From an uncultured Candidatus Rokubacteria bacterium (lineage in GTDB: Bacteria; Methylomirabilota; Methylomirabilia; Rokubacteriales; CSP1-6): a stretch of DNA of 64,000 bases. Made by a program: the position numbers and the translations under genes. The notes beneath the pieces were generated by a model that saw nothing but the letters and a program-made list of their open reading frames with translations, had not been told where the DNA came from and did not search any database. Positions within the stretch are counted from its first letter, which is position 1. Each line of letters begins with the position of its first letter. The DNA lies in the NCBI GenBank assembly GCA_963747235.1, contig CAVVEU010000033.1, forward strand, positions 160,001 through 224,000, given 5' to 3'. Positions 50,249 through 61,251 of this stretch are shown one piece after another.

Positions 50249-51173
50249 GTGAGCACACCCGATCGCAATTTCCGGCGTCCTCTCCCCCGTCGTCACCCCG
50301 TTCAAGGCCGACCTCTCCCCCGATCCGGAGCGCTTCGTGCGGCAGTGCCGCTGGCTCCTGTCGCAGGACGTGGGGCTCGCGGTGTTCGGGACGAACTCGG
50401 AGGCCAACTCGCTGTCCACCGAGGAGAAGATCGAGTTGCTCGACCGCGTGGTCGCGGGCGGCGTCGATCCGGGGCGGCTCATGCCGGGCACCGGCTGCTG
50501 CGCGCTCACCGATTCGGTGCGGCTCACCGCGCACGCCATGAAGCTGGGCGCGGGCGGCGTGCTGATGCTGCCGCCCTTCTACTACAAGGGCGTCTCCGAC
50601 GACGGCCTCTTCCGGAGCTTCGCGGAGGTGATCGAGCGGGTGGGCGACCGGCGGCTGCGCCTGTACGTCTACCACATCCCCCCGGTCTCCCAGGTGCCGA
50701 TCACGCTCGGCCTCATCGAGCGGCTGCTCAAGGCCTACCCGGGCATCGTGGCCGGCGTGAAGGACAGCTCGGGCGACTGGAACAACACCAAGGCGATGCT
50801 GGACGCCTTCGCGGCCGGCGGCTTCGACGTCTTCGCGGGCAGCGAGACCTTCCTGCTCGCCAACATGCGCGGCGGCGGCGCCGGCTGCATCAGCGCCACC
50901 GCCAACGTGAACCCCGGGCCCATCGCGAAGCTCCACCGCGAGTGGCAGAACCCGGACGCGGACGCCCAGCAGGCGCGCCTCGACGAGATCCGCGGCATCA
51001 TGCAGCGCTATCCGATGATCCCCGCGCTCAAGGCGGTCATCGCGCGCTACGGCGGCGACGGCTCCTGGGTCACGGTGCGCCCGCCTCTGGTGGCGCTCAC
51101 GCCCGAGCAGCGCGCGGCGCTCGCGGCCGAGCTCGGGCGCGCCGCCTTCATCATGCCGGGACTGGGGGAGTGA
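50249..51173 (+). CDS. Dihydrodipicolinate synthase-family aldolase (frameshift just after the start)
   Basis: GVLSPVVTPF, GTNSE, PPFYY, YHIP and KDSSGD motifs; AAGGAG RBS. Confidence 0.88.
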
Positions 51174-51177
51174 CGCC

Positions 51178-52017
51178 ATGAACGAGCTGGCCGGTCGTCT
51201 CAATGCCCTCTGCGACGCGCTCCCGTTCCAGACGAGCTGGTATCTGAAGGATCTCGCGAGCGGGCAGCGCGCCGATCGCCTGGGCGACGTGCCGGTGCCC
51301 TCGGCGAGCACGCGCAAGATCTCGATCCTGATGGCCGCGCTCAAGGCCGTCCACGACGGCAAGCTCGCGCTGGACCAGAAGGTGACCATCGAGGCCAAGT
51401 ACCAGGACAACGACTCGGGCACCTTCCAGCACCTGACGCCCGGCTTCGCGATCACCTTCCGCGACGCGCTGGTGATGATGATCATCGTCAGCGACAACAC
51501 CTGCACCGGAACCGTGGTGGACCTGGTCGGCCTCGGCGAGATCCAGCGGCTCTGCGAGGCGGTCGGCATGACGCGGACCATCCACCGCTTCGGCATTCCC
51601 CCGCGCCTCGGCCCCGACCACGCGCTCGATCAGGTCACCAGCACCACGCCCAGCGACCAGGGGCTGCTGCTGGAGGCGATCCTGAAGGGCGCGGACGATC
51701 CGGCCGCGGCCGCGCGCATGGGCGTGACCCCCGCGCTCTGCCGGCTCGCGCTCGACATCCTCTCGTGGCAGAAGCTCAAGGCGCGCCTGCCCTCGCAGCT
51801 CCCGCTCGGCACGAAGATCGCGCACAAGACCGGCACCGGCTCGCGCGGCTTCATGGACGCGGGCATCGTCTACCAGGGCGACCGGCCGCTCTTCATCTTC
51901 ACCGCCTACACCGACCGCGTGCCCGCCGCGCTGCCCGACGGCACGCCCGGCTTCACCGCGGCCAACACCGTGATCGGCCGCATGGCGCGCGTCTGCTGGG
52001 ACGCGCTCGCCCGCTAG
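51178..52017 (+). CDS. Class A beta-lactamase-fold serine hydrolase without signal peptide
   Basis: STRK (SxxK), SDN and HKTG motifs. Confidence 0.85.
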   Translation: MNELAGRLNALCDALPFQTSWYLKDLASGQRADRLGDVPVPSASTRKISILMAALKAVHDGKLALDQKVTIEAKYQDNDSGTFQHLTPGFAITFRDALVMMIIVSDNTCTGTVVDLVGLGEIQRLCEAVGMTRTIHRFGIPPRLGPDHALDQVTSTTPSDQGLLLEAILKGADDPAAAARMGVTPALCRLALDILSWQKLKARLPSQLPLGTKIAHKTGTGSRGFMDAGIVYQGDRPLFIFTAYTDRVPAALPDGTPGFTAANTVIGRMARVCWDALAR

Positions 52018-52032
52018 CCCGGCTCCCGCCGC

Positions 52033-52770
52033 GTGCCCGCCAAGAAGCCGAGCGAGCCGCCCGCGCCGAAGCGGGCGATGAGCATCCACGCGCATCCGGA
52101 CGACCAGGAGTTCACGGTCGGCGGCACGCTGGCCAAGTGGGCGCGCGCCGGCTGCGAGATCGTCACGGTCTGCATCACCAGCGGGGGCGCCGGCTCCAAC
52201 AAGTTCACTCCGCCCGAGATGACGCGCGAGGCGCTGGTGGCCATCCGGGAGGAGGAGCAGCGCGAAGCCGGCCGCATCCTGGGCGTGAAGGAGACGATCT
52301 ACCTGGGCTACGAGGACGGCATGCTGGAGCCGTCCATCCCCTTGCGCCGCGAGCTGACGCGCCTGATCCGCCGCTACCGCCCCGAGGCGGTGCTGACCGG
52401 CGATCCCACCGTGCGCTACTACGGCCCCACCTACATGAACCACCCGGACCATCGCGCCGCCGCCGACGTGGCGCTCGACGCGGTCTTCCCCTCGGCGGGC
52501 ACGCGCCTGATCTTCCCCGAGCTGCTCGCGGAAGGCCTCGAGCCGCACGAGGTGCGCCAGGTCTACATCCACGGCGCGGAGCGCGCGGATACCTACGTGG
52601 ACATCGCGGAGACGCTCGACGTGAAGCTGGCCGCGCTGCGCGCCCACAAGAGCCAGATGGGCGAGTGGGACCCGAGCGAGATGATCACCCAGTGGGCCGC
52701 CGAGCAGGGCCGCCGGCGGAAGCTGAAGGCGGCGGAGTCCTACCGCCGCATGATCCTGCAGGACGTCTGA
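52033..52770 (+). CDS. PIG-L family deacetylase
   Basis: AHPDD, R..E, HPDH and H.SQ motifs. Confidence 0.9.
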   Translation: MPAKKPSEPPAPKRAMSIHAHPDDQEFTVGGTLAKWARAGCEIVTVCITSGGAGSNKFTPPEMTREALVAIREEEQREAGRILGVKETIYLGYEDGMLEPSIPLRRELTRLIRRYRPEAVLTGDPTVRYYGPTYMNHPDHRAAADVALDAVFPSAGTRLIFPELLAEGLEPHEVRQVYIHGAERADTYVDIAETLDVKLAALRAHKSQMGEWDPSEMITQWAAEQGRRRKLKAAESYRRMILQDV

Positions 52771-52779
52771 GCGCCCGAC

Positions 52780-53800
52780 CTACCCGACGTAGCCCTTCCG
52801 GTGGAAGTAGTTCGCGTTGTAGAACTCGAGCACCAGGTCGCCGTAGACCGCGGGCGGGTAGCGCGGCGGATCGTCGGGCCCGGTGCAGCTCGGCAGGCAC
52901 TCGATGCGGGTGGCGATGTTCGGGCTGTAGAAGAACGCGATCGAGTAGCGGTCGGCCCCGGACTCGTTCAGCACCGCGTGCGGCGTCGAGAGGAAGCGGT
53001 CGTTGGACCACCGCTTCATCATGTTGCCCAGGTTGACCAGGAAGGTGCCCGGGATCAGCGGCGGCGCCAGCCACTCCCCCGACGGCAGCCGCACCGCCAG
53101 CCCCGGCACCTCGGTGCGCGCCAGGATCGTGATGAACGAGTTGTCGGTGTGCGGGCCCTGGCCGAACTGCTCGTCGTCGGCGATGTCCTGCGGCGGGTAG
53201 TGGAGGAAGCGCAGGTTGATGTGCGCCTCGTCGGCGAAGAACGGGGCGAAGTGCTCCGCGGGCATGCCGAGGGCCCGGGCCAGCACCGGCAGCATGCGCT
53301 CGCCCACACCTTCCAGGGTCTTGAAGTACGTCACCATCGCGGCCCGCATGCGCGCGTGCCCCTCGGGCCACTGGTTGCGGCCGCGCAGCGGTGTCGCCGG
53401 CCACCACGTCCGGATGATCGGCGCCGCGATCGTGGCTGATGAAGAAGCTCTCGTTGTAGTTGGGACGGGTGGCCTTGTGGATCGTCGAGGCCCCCTGGAT
53501 GGACTGGTTCACCGGCAGGTAGCCGATGTTGTTCTCGTTGAGCTTGAGGCGCTGCTTCTCCGGATCCGGGAGCGCGTGCAGCTCGCGCGAGGCGGCGAAG
53601 GCCGCGTCCACCACCGCGTCCGGGACGCCGTGGCCGGCCAGGTAGAAGAAGCCGACGGACTCGCTGGCGCGCTTGACCTGGCGCGCGACGGCCTCGAGGC
53701 CGCCCGGGGCTCCGGAGAAGGCGGGCGAGAAGTCGATGACCGGGATGTCCCGCGTGGCTTCCTCGACGTTCTTCACCGCCAGGGACTTGAGGATGTTCAT
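52780..53800 (-). CDS. Isopenicillin N synthase-like 2OG-Fe(II) oxygenase (frameshift near 53390)
   Basis: IPVID, GFFYL..HGV, HTD, STPH and RYS motifs. Confidence 0.9.
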
Positions 53801-53909
53801 GACCGGGTCTCCCTCCGACCCGGATCGTAGCGCACCCCCGCGCGATACGGCAAATGACGCCGGCGGGGCCGCGCGACCGCCCCGCCGGCGAGCGAACGAC
53901 CAGCCGATC

Positions 53910-54191
53910 TCAGCAGGCCGGAAGCGAGCGGAGATTGGCCTCGATCTTGTCGCCGACCTTCAGGTCCTTCAGCGTGTCCTTCGAGGCCTGGAACTCGTGC
54001 GTCTTGCCATCGGCCTCCGCCACCGCGACCTTGCCGCCCGCGGTGTCCACCCGGACCACCCGCCCCTCGACCTTCTGGGGCGCCGAGGCCTTCATCTGAT
54101 CGCACGAGGGCTTGCCCTGCCCGGCCGCGAACCCCGCCCAGAGCGGGATCGCGACCATGACACCTACCGCCAATGCCTTGTACGGCTTCAT
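53910..54191 (-). CDS. Small secreted OB-fold-like protein
   Basis: Signal peptide; KVEGRVVRVD...LKDLKVGDKI; two Cys; GGAGGAG RBS. Confidence 0.75.
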   Translation of the reverse strand: MKPYKALAVGVMVAIPLWAGFAAGQGKPSCDQMKASAPQKVEGRVVRVDTAGGKVAVAEADGKTHEFQASKDTLKDLKVGDKIEANLRSLPAC

Positions 54192-54203
54192 GAGCTCCTC
54201 CGC

Positions 54204-54431
54204 TTACTTGGACTTCGTGATGTCGTAGATGGCGCCGGCGGCGGCGCCCACGCCCGTCCCGATCAGCGCGCCCTTGCCGGCCCCGTACCCGGTTCCGGCA
54301 CCGACCGCGGCTCCCGCACCGGCGCCGACCGCGGCACCGCCCAGCGTTCCACACGCCGTCGTGGCGAGCGTGACCAGCGAGAGGCCGATCACGGCGGATG
54401 CGATTCTCGTCTTCACGGTTTTCGTCGTCAT
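54204..54431 (-). CDS. Small glycine-zipper lipoprotein
   Basis: TTAC lipobox and GAAVGAGAGA..GALIG repeats; AGGAGGT RBS. Confidence 0.85.
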   Translation of the reverse strand: MTTKTVKTRIASAVIGLSLVTLATTACGTLGGAAVGAGAGAAVGAGTGYGAGKGALIGTGVGAAAGAIYDITKSK

Positions 54432-54456
54432 GGTTCACCTCCTGCGCGGTTCCACT

Positions 54457-54473
54457 TTCAACCCGCGTGCCAG
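54457..54473 (-). promoter_or_regulatory. Putative sigma-54 (-24/-12) promoter
   Basis: Minus strand CTGGCAC-GCGGG-TTGAA against consensus TGGCAC-N5-TTGCW. Confidence 0.45.
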
Positions 54474-54603
54474 CGGGCCGGGCACGACGCCGCGCGTAAA
54501 TCCCGCGCAATTGGAGGCACCGGACCTTCGCGACTCGCCCCGGCGGAGAAAAAGGTACACTCCCGGCGGCGTAAGAATTACCGGAGGACGGAGAAGAAGA
54601 CCC

Positions 54604-55386
54604 ATGGGACAGCTCGAAGGCAAGGTGGCGCTCATCACCGGCGCCAGCAAGGGCATCGGTCGCGTGATGAGCCGCCTGTTCGCCAGGGAAGGCGCCGCGG
54701 TGGTCTGCGCGGCCCGCAGCCGCGACCTGGTGGAGGAAACCGCCGCCCTGATCAAGGGCGACGGCGGGCGCGCGGTGGCGGTGACGGGCGACGCGGCCAC
54801 GGAAGCCGACGTGCAGAAGATGGTCGCGGCGGGCGTCAAGGCGTTCGGCAAGCTCGACGTCCTGGTGAACAACGCGGGCGACGGCGGGCCGACCAAGCGC
54901 GTGCAGGAGTACACGACCGACGACTGGTTCTACACGATCAACTCCTGCCTCACCAGCTCGTACATGTGCACGCGCTTCGCGGTGCCGGAGATGATCAAGG
55001 CCGGCGGCGGGGTGATCGTCAACGTGTCGTCCACCGCGGGCCGGCGCGGGCTGCCGTACCGCATCGGCTACTGCTCGGCCAAGGCCGGGCAGGTCGGCAT
55101 GACCTACGGCCTGGCCCTCGAGCTGTCCCCGCTCAACATCCGGGTCAACGCGATCGCTCCCGGCGCCGTCGAGGGCGACCGCATCGACCGCGTCATCGCC
55201 GGGCAGGCCGAGGTGCGCGGGGTGGCGGTCGAGGACATGCGCCGGAGCTTCGTCGAGCGCTCGCCCCTCAAGCGCATGACCACCGCGGAGGACATCGCCA
55301 CCCTCGCGGTCTACCTCTGCAGCGACGCGGCCAAGAACCTCTCCGGCCAGTGCATCGCGGTCACCGCGGGCGAGCCCGCGGTCTGA
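54604..55386 (+). CDS. Classical SDR oxidoreductase
   Basis: TGASKGIG, NNAG and YCSAK motifs. Confidence 0.92.
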   Translation: MGQLEGKVALITGASKGIGRVMSRLFAREGAAVVCAARSRDLVEETAALIKGDGGRAVAVTGDAATEADVQKMVAAGVKAFGKLDVLVNNAGDGGPTKRVQEYTTDDWFYTINSCLTSSYMCTRFAVPEMIKAGGGVIVNVSSTAGRRGLPYRIGYCSAKAGQVGMTYGLALELSPLNIRVNAIAPGAVEGDRIDRVIAGQAEVRGVAVEDMRRSFVERSPLKRMTTAEDIATLAVYLCSDAAKNLSGQCIAVTAGEPAV

Positions 55387-55477
55387 GGCGACGGGCGCCG
55401 CGTCGTTGACACCCTCCCCGCCGCCCGCGTAGAGTCTCAACGGTCTCGTGATCACCCCGTCGCGAGAGAGGAGCCTC

Positions 55478-55895
55478 ATGGACGTCGATCGCCCGCTGCC
55501 CACGCCGATCACCCCGGAAGCCAAGCCGTTCTGGGACGGCTGCAATGCCCAGAAGCTCATGCTCCCGCGCTGCGAGGACTGCGCGCACGTGTTCTTCTAC
55601 CCGCGCATCCTGTGCCCGCGCTGCCACTCGCGCCGCGTCGGCTGGATGCAGGCGAGCGGGCGCGGGAAGCTCCACTCGTTCGAGATCGCCTACCAGGCCT
55701 TCCAGAAGGCGTGGAAGATCAAGCCGCCCTACGTCCTCGCCATGATCGAGCTGGAAGAAGGACCCCGCATGATGTCGAACCTGATCAACGTGGAGGCGTC
55801 GCCCGAAGGCGATCAAGTGCGACATGCCGGTGGAGGTCGTCTTCACCAAGGTGAGCGACGACGTGACCCTGCCGCTGTTCCAGCCGAGGCGGTGA
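55478..55895 (+). CDS. DUF35 Zn-ribbon/OB-fold protein (frameshift near 55805)
   Basis: PFWDG, CEDC..YPR..CPRC and LEEGPRMMSN motifs; AGGAG RBS. Confidence 0.88.
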
Positions 55896-55900
55896 GCGCC

Positions 55901-57067
55901 ATGGCCACCGTCAGCGAGCGCCAGCGGGAATTGCGCAACGTCGCCTGCATCGTGGGCGTGGACGAGAGCGACCAGATCGGCACCCTGCCGAACACGAGCC
56001 AGCTCTCGCTACACCTGGAAGCGATCTCGAACGCGGTCCGCGACGCGGGCCTCAAGGTCAAGGACGTGGACGGCATCTTCACCGCGGGGCAGCACTCGCC
56101 CGCGACGCTGGGCGAGGCCCTCGGCGTCAAGCCGCGCTACGTGGACGGCACCACCGTCGGCGGCTGCTCCTTCATCATCATGGTCGGGCACGCGGTGGCC
56201 GCCCTGCAGCACGGCCTCTGCGACGTGGCCGTCGTCTCTCATGGAGAATCCGGCCGCTCCGGCACCGGCGTCACCCGCAGCCGCGACACCGCGCTCAGCG
56301 GGCAGTTCGAGTTCCCCTACGGCTTCGGCGGGGCCACCAGCTACTTCGGCATGATCACCACGCGCCACATGCACGAGCACGGCACCACGCTCGAGCAGTG
56401 GGCCCAGGTCGCGGTATCCACCCGGAAGTGGGCCGCGCTCAATCCCAAGGCGCGCTTCCACGACCCGATCACGGTGGCCGACGTGTTGAGCTCGCGCCCG
56501 GTCTCCTACCCGTTCAACCTGCTCAACATCTGCCTCGTCACCGACGCGGGCGGCGCGGTGGTGCTCACGCGCGCCGATCGGGCGAAGGACTGCGCCAAGC
56601 CGCCGATCTACGTGCGCGGCTTCGGCGAGGCCACCGAGCACGTGATGGTCACGCAGATGGACAGCCTCTCGATCAGCGCGGCCACGCGCCTGGCCGGCGA
56701 GCGCGCCTTCTCGATGGCCGGCGTGTCCGCCAAGGACTTCAACCACATCATGCTCTACGACGCCTTCACCTCGGGGCCGCCGATCATGCTGGAGTCGCTC
56801 GGCCTGGCCAAGCCCGGCGAGGGCGTGCAGTTCTTCTCGGAGGGGCGCTCCACCCCGGGCGGCAGCCTGCCCATCAACACGAACGGGGGCGGGCTCTCCT
56901 ACACCCACTCCGGCATGTACGGCATCTTCCCGATCATCGAGGCCACCCGCCAGCTCCGCGGCGAGTGCGGCCCGCGCCAGGTGCCCGGCGCGAGCTGCTC
57001 GCTCGTCAACGGCATGGGCGGCATGCTCTCCGCCGCCGGCACCCTGGTCCTCGCCAACCGGACCTGA
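55901..57067 (+). CDS. SCP-x/Ltp2-type thiolase-fold protein
   Basis: GGCS, CLVTDAGG, YDAFT and NTNGGGLSYTHSGMYG motifs. Confidence 0.9.
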   Translation: MATVSERQRELRNVACIVGVDESDQIGTLPNTSQLSLHLEAISNAVRDAGLKVKDVDGIFTAGQHSPATLGEALGVKPRYVDGTTVGGCSFIIMVGHAVAALQHGLCDVAVVSHGESGRSGTGVTRSRDTALSGQFEFPYGFGGATSYFGMITTRHMHEHGTTLEQWAQVAVSTRKWAALNPKARFHDPITVADVLSSRPVSYPFNLLNICLVTDAGGAVVLTRADRAKDCAKPPIYVRGFGEATEHVMVTQMDSLSISAATRLAGERAFSMAGVSAKDFNHIMLYDAFTSGPPIMLESLGLAKPGEGVQFFSEGRSTPGGSLPINTNGGGLSYTHSGMYGIFPIIEATRQLRGECGPRQVPGASCSLVNGMGGMLSAAGTLVLANRT

Positions 57068-57080
57068 CGCGGCCGGCCGA

Positions 57081-57431
57081 CTACTCGATCGGGACGAAGA
57101 TGCAGTGGCGGAGCTTGCCGTCCAGCGCCTTGGACAGGTGACCCTTGCCCCAGGTGTCCTCGACCAGGATCACCTCGCCGGCGCCGATCTTGCGCGACTG
57201 GCCGTCGCTCGCGGTGATCTGCACGCCCGCGTCGAGATTGATGATGTACTGCCGCCGCGGCGCCGGGTGCCAGTCGAGATCGTAGTCCGGCGCGACTTCC
57301 CGGAATATGATCCCAGTCGCGGGGAGCCGCGCGGACAGCTTCCCGGCCTTGCCCGTCTCGATATACGGGATCTCCATGTCCTCGAAGTGCGACTCGCCCT
57401 GCTTGTCCACGAAGAGATGATGGATTTTCAT
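57081..57431 (-). CDS. Small cupin-like protein
   Basis: GESHFED, WHPAPRRQY and EDTWGKGH motifs. Confidence 0.85.
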   Translation of the reverse strand: MKIHHLFVDKQGESHFEDMEIPYIETGKAGKLSARLPATGIIFREVAPDYDLDWHPAPRRQYIINLDAGVQITASDGQSRKIGAGEVILVEDTWGKGHLSKALDGKLRHCIFVPIE

Positions 57432-57448
57432 GGCCCCGAAGGTAGCAC

Positions 57449-58348
57449 ATGAAGCCGGCTCCGTTCCGCTACGCGCGCGCGGGGAGCCTGGCCGAGGCGA
57501 TCGCGCTCCTCGCGGCGGCGCCCGGCGAGACCAAGCTCCTGGCCGGCGGGCAGAGCCTGGTGCCGATGCTGAACATGCGGCTCGTGCGGCCCGCGGTGCT
57601 GGTGGACGTCAACGGCCTGCGCGAGCTGACCGGCATCACGCCGACCGCCGACGGCGGGCTCCGCATCGGCGCGCTCACGCGCCACGCCGAGCTGGCGGCC
57701 TCGCCCGTCGGTGCGCGAGCGCGCGCCGCTCCTGGCCGCGGCCGCGCGCCACGTGGGCCACGCGGCGATCCGGAACCAGGGCACGCTCGGCGGCAGCCTC
57801 GCGCACGCCGATCCCGCCGCGGAGCTGCCCGCGGCGCTGCTGGCCCTCGACGCGCGCGTTCACGTCACGGGCCCGCGCGGCGCGCGGGAGGTCGCGGCGG
57901 ACGCGTTCTTCCGCGGCCTGCTCACCACCGCGCTCGAGCCGGACGAGATCCTGACCGCGATCGAGGTGCCCGCGCAGCCGCCGGGCTGGGGGTTCGTCGG
58001 AGATCGCGCGGCGGCCGGGGGACTTCGCGCTGGCCGGGGTGGCGGCCGTCGTGCGTGCGGGCGCGCCCCCTCACCCGGCCCTCTCCCCCTCTCGGGCGAG
58101 AGGGAGAGGTGCGACTGGTGGGCTTCGGCGTGGGGGATCGGCCGGTCCGGCTCACGCGGCGCGGAGCGCGTGCTGGCCGGCGGGCCGCTCGACGCGGCGA
58201 CCGCGGCGCGGGCCGGCGCGGCGGCGGGCCCCGACTGCGATCCGCCGAGCGACGTGCACGGCTCCGCGGAGTATCGCCGGCACCTGGCCACGGTGCTCAC
58301 CGAGCGCGCCCTGCTCCAGGTGGCCGCGCGCCTCGCGGGACCACCGCG

Positions 58349-58352
<4 letters not shown>
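57449..58352 (+). CDS. Molybdoenzyme FAD subunit (CoxM/CutM-like), several frameshifts
   Basis: MKPAPFRY, LAGGQSLVP, IRNQGTLGGS.AHADPAAE, GDFA and SDVHGSAEYR motifs. Confidence 0.88.
58066..58109. repeat. BoxC/PIT-like element inside the CoxM-like gene
   Basis: CCCTCACCC-GG-CCCTCTCCCCC-TCTC-GGGCGAGAGGG, similar to 464-496. Confidence 0.7.
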
Positions 58353-58842
<490 letters not shown>

Positions 58843-58846
<4 letters not shown>

Positions 58847-61251
58847 GCCACGAGCCGGCGCCGGGCGCGGGCTGGGTCGGGCGGCCGCTGCCGCTCAAGG
58901 AGGACGCGCGCCTGGTGGCCGGCCGCGGCCGCTTCGTGGACGATCTGGGCCGCCCGCGCATGCTCCACGCGGCCATGCTGCGCAGCCCGCACGCCCACGC
59001 GCGCATCGTCGCCATCGACACGCGCGAGGCGCGAGGCGCTCCCCGGCGTCTTCGCGGTCCTGACCGGCGCGGAGGCGGCCGCGCGCTCCGGGCCCGATCC
59101 GCCCGCTCATCCCCACCACCGCGGCGGTGCCCGACTACTGCCTGGCGGTGGACCGCGCGCGCTACGTGGGCGAGCCGGTGGCGGCGGTGGCCGCGGTGGA
59201 TCGCGCCACCGCCGAGGACGCGCTCGAGCGCATCCGGGTGGAGTACGAGCCGCTGACGGCGGTGGTGGATCCGGAGGCCGCCATCGCAGCCCGGCGCGCC
59301 GCTCCTCTACCCGGAGCTCGGCACCAACGTGGTCTGGCACGACACGCTCACCTACGGCGCCGTGGACGAGGCGATGGCGCGCGCGGACGGCGTGCTGCGC
59401 GAGCGGTTCACGATCCAGCGCTACGCCTCCACGCCGCTCGAGACCTTCGGCTGCATCGCGGAGTACGACGCGGGCACCGACGTCTTCGAGTTCTGGACCA
59501 ACGACCAGCGGCCGGGCCTGACGATCTCGGTCCTGGCCGCCTCGCTCGGCGTGCCGCAGGCGCGGGTGCGCCTCTCGTGCCCGGACATCGGCGGCGGCTT
59601 CGGCAACAAGCGCCGCCCGGCCTATCTGCTGATCTGCGCGCTGCTCGCGCGGAAGAGCCGGCCGGCCCGTGAAGTGGATCGAGGACCGGATCGAGAACCT
59701 CACCGCGCTCATGCACGCCTGCAACGGGATCATGGACGTGGAGCTGGCCTACCGGGCCGACGGCACCGTGCTGGCCCTCGCGCGTGCGCGACATCGCGGA
59801 CGAGGGCAAGAACCTCATCACCCCGACCCAGCACAACCTGATCAAGCTCGGCAACATCGCCAACGGCTACCGGATCCCCGCGGTGCGCTACGAGGCGTGG
59901 TCGGTGCTCACCAACAAGTGCCCGAGCGGGGCCAACCGCGGCATCGGCAAGCCGTTCATGTGCTTCGCCATCGAGCGCGCGATGGCCCTGCTGGCCCGGC
60001 GCCTCGGCCTGGACCCGGCCGAGCTGCGGCTGCGCAACTACGTCACCGCCGACGCAGATGCCCTACACCACGCCGCCCGGCGCCCAGTACGACAGCGGCG
60101 ACTACCCGGCGACTCTGCGCCGCGCGCTCGAGCGGTTCGGCTACACGGCGCTGGCGCGCCGAGCAGGCCGCGCGCGCGCGCAGCGAGGGCCGGCTGCTCG
60201 GCATCGGCATCGCCACCTCGGTCGAGCCCGCGGGCACCAATCTCGCCTCCTACGAGATCATCACCGGCCGGCGCGCGGCGTCGGGCTCGGCGGAGGCGGC
60301 GATGGTGCGCATGGAGCCCGACGGCCAGGTGCGCGTGTCGCTCGGCGACCCGCCGAGCGGCCAGGGCTACGAGACGGTGCTCGCCCAGATCGTGGCCGAC
60401 GAGCTCGGCCTCACCCCGGACGCCGATCACGGTCGCCCGCGGCTTCGACTCGACCACGACCCCGTGGCTCTATCTCTCCGGCAACTACTCGAACAAGTTC
60501 TCGGTCACCGACGTGGGCGCGGTGGTGGGCGCGGCCGCGCGCGTGCGGGCGAAGCTGCTGCGCATCGCCGCGCACCGGCTGGAGGCCGCGGTCGCGGATC
60601 TCGAGCTGGCGCGGCGGCGCGGTGGCCGTGCGCGGCGCGCCGGACCGGCGGCTCAGCTTCGCGGAGCTGGCGCGCACCGCCTACGCCGACGTGCTCGGCC
60701 TGCCGCCCGGCGAGGAGCCGGGGCTCGAGGCCCGCCACGCGCACCAGAATCCGCTCGCCCAGCCCGATCGACGCCGACAGCGCCGCGTGCGCTCGCAGCT
60801 CGTCTTCTCCAACGCCGCGCACTGCTGCCTCGTCGAGGTGGACCCGCGCACCGGGCTCGTGACAGATCCTCGACTACCTGGTGGTGCACGACTGCGGGCG
60901 CGAGCTGAATCCGCTGATCGTCGAGGGCATGGTGCACGGCTCGACCGCGCACGGCATCGGCGCCGCGCTGCTCGAGGAGTTCCGCTACGACGCGCAGGGC
61001 CAGCTCCTCACCTCGACCTTCATGGACTACCTGAAGCCCACCTCGGTGGACGTGCCCGCTCATCGACGTGGACCGGCTCGAGCACCCCTCGCCGGTGACG
61101 CCGCTCGGCGCCAAGGGCGTGGGCGAGGGCGGCGCGATCCCCGGCCCCGCCGCGGTCGCGAACGCGGTGGACGACGCGCTCGCGCACCTGGGCGTGGTGG
61201 TCCGTTCGCTGCCGATCACGCCCGGAGCAGGTCTGGCGCTGGCTCAAGTGA
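58843..61251 (+). CDS. Xanthine dehydrogenase-family molybdopterin subunit (CoxL-like), many frameshifts
   Basis: KEDARLVAGRG, LRSPHAHA, IGGGFGNK, GQGYET, DCG..LNP and AKGVGEGG motifs spread across frames. Confidence 0.85.

Noticed and set aside
55448-57067. DUF35-thiolase fusion shown in the ORF track
   Set aside because: The DUF35 C-terminus (IKCDMPVEVVF) is in another frame with its own stop at 55893-55895.
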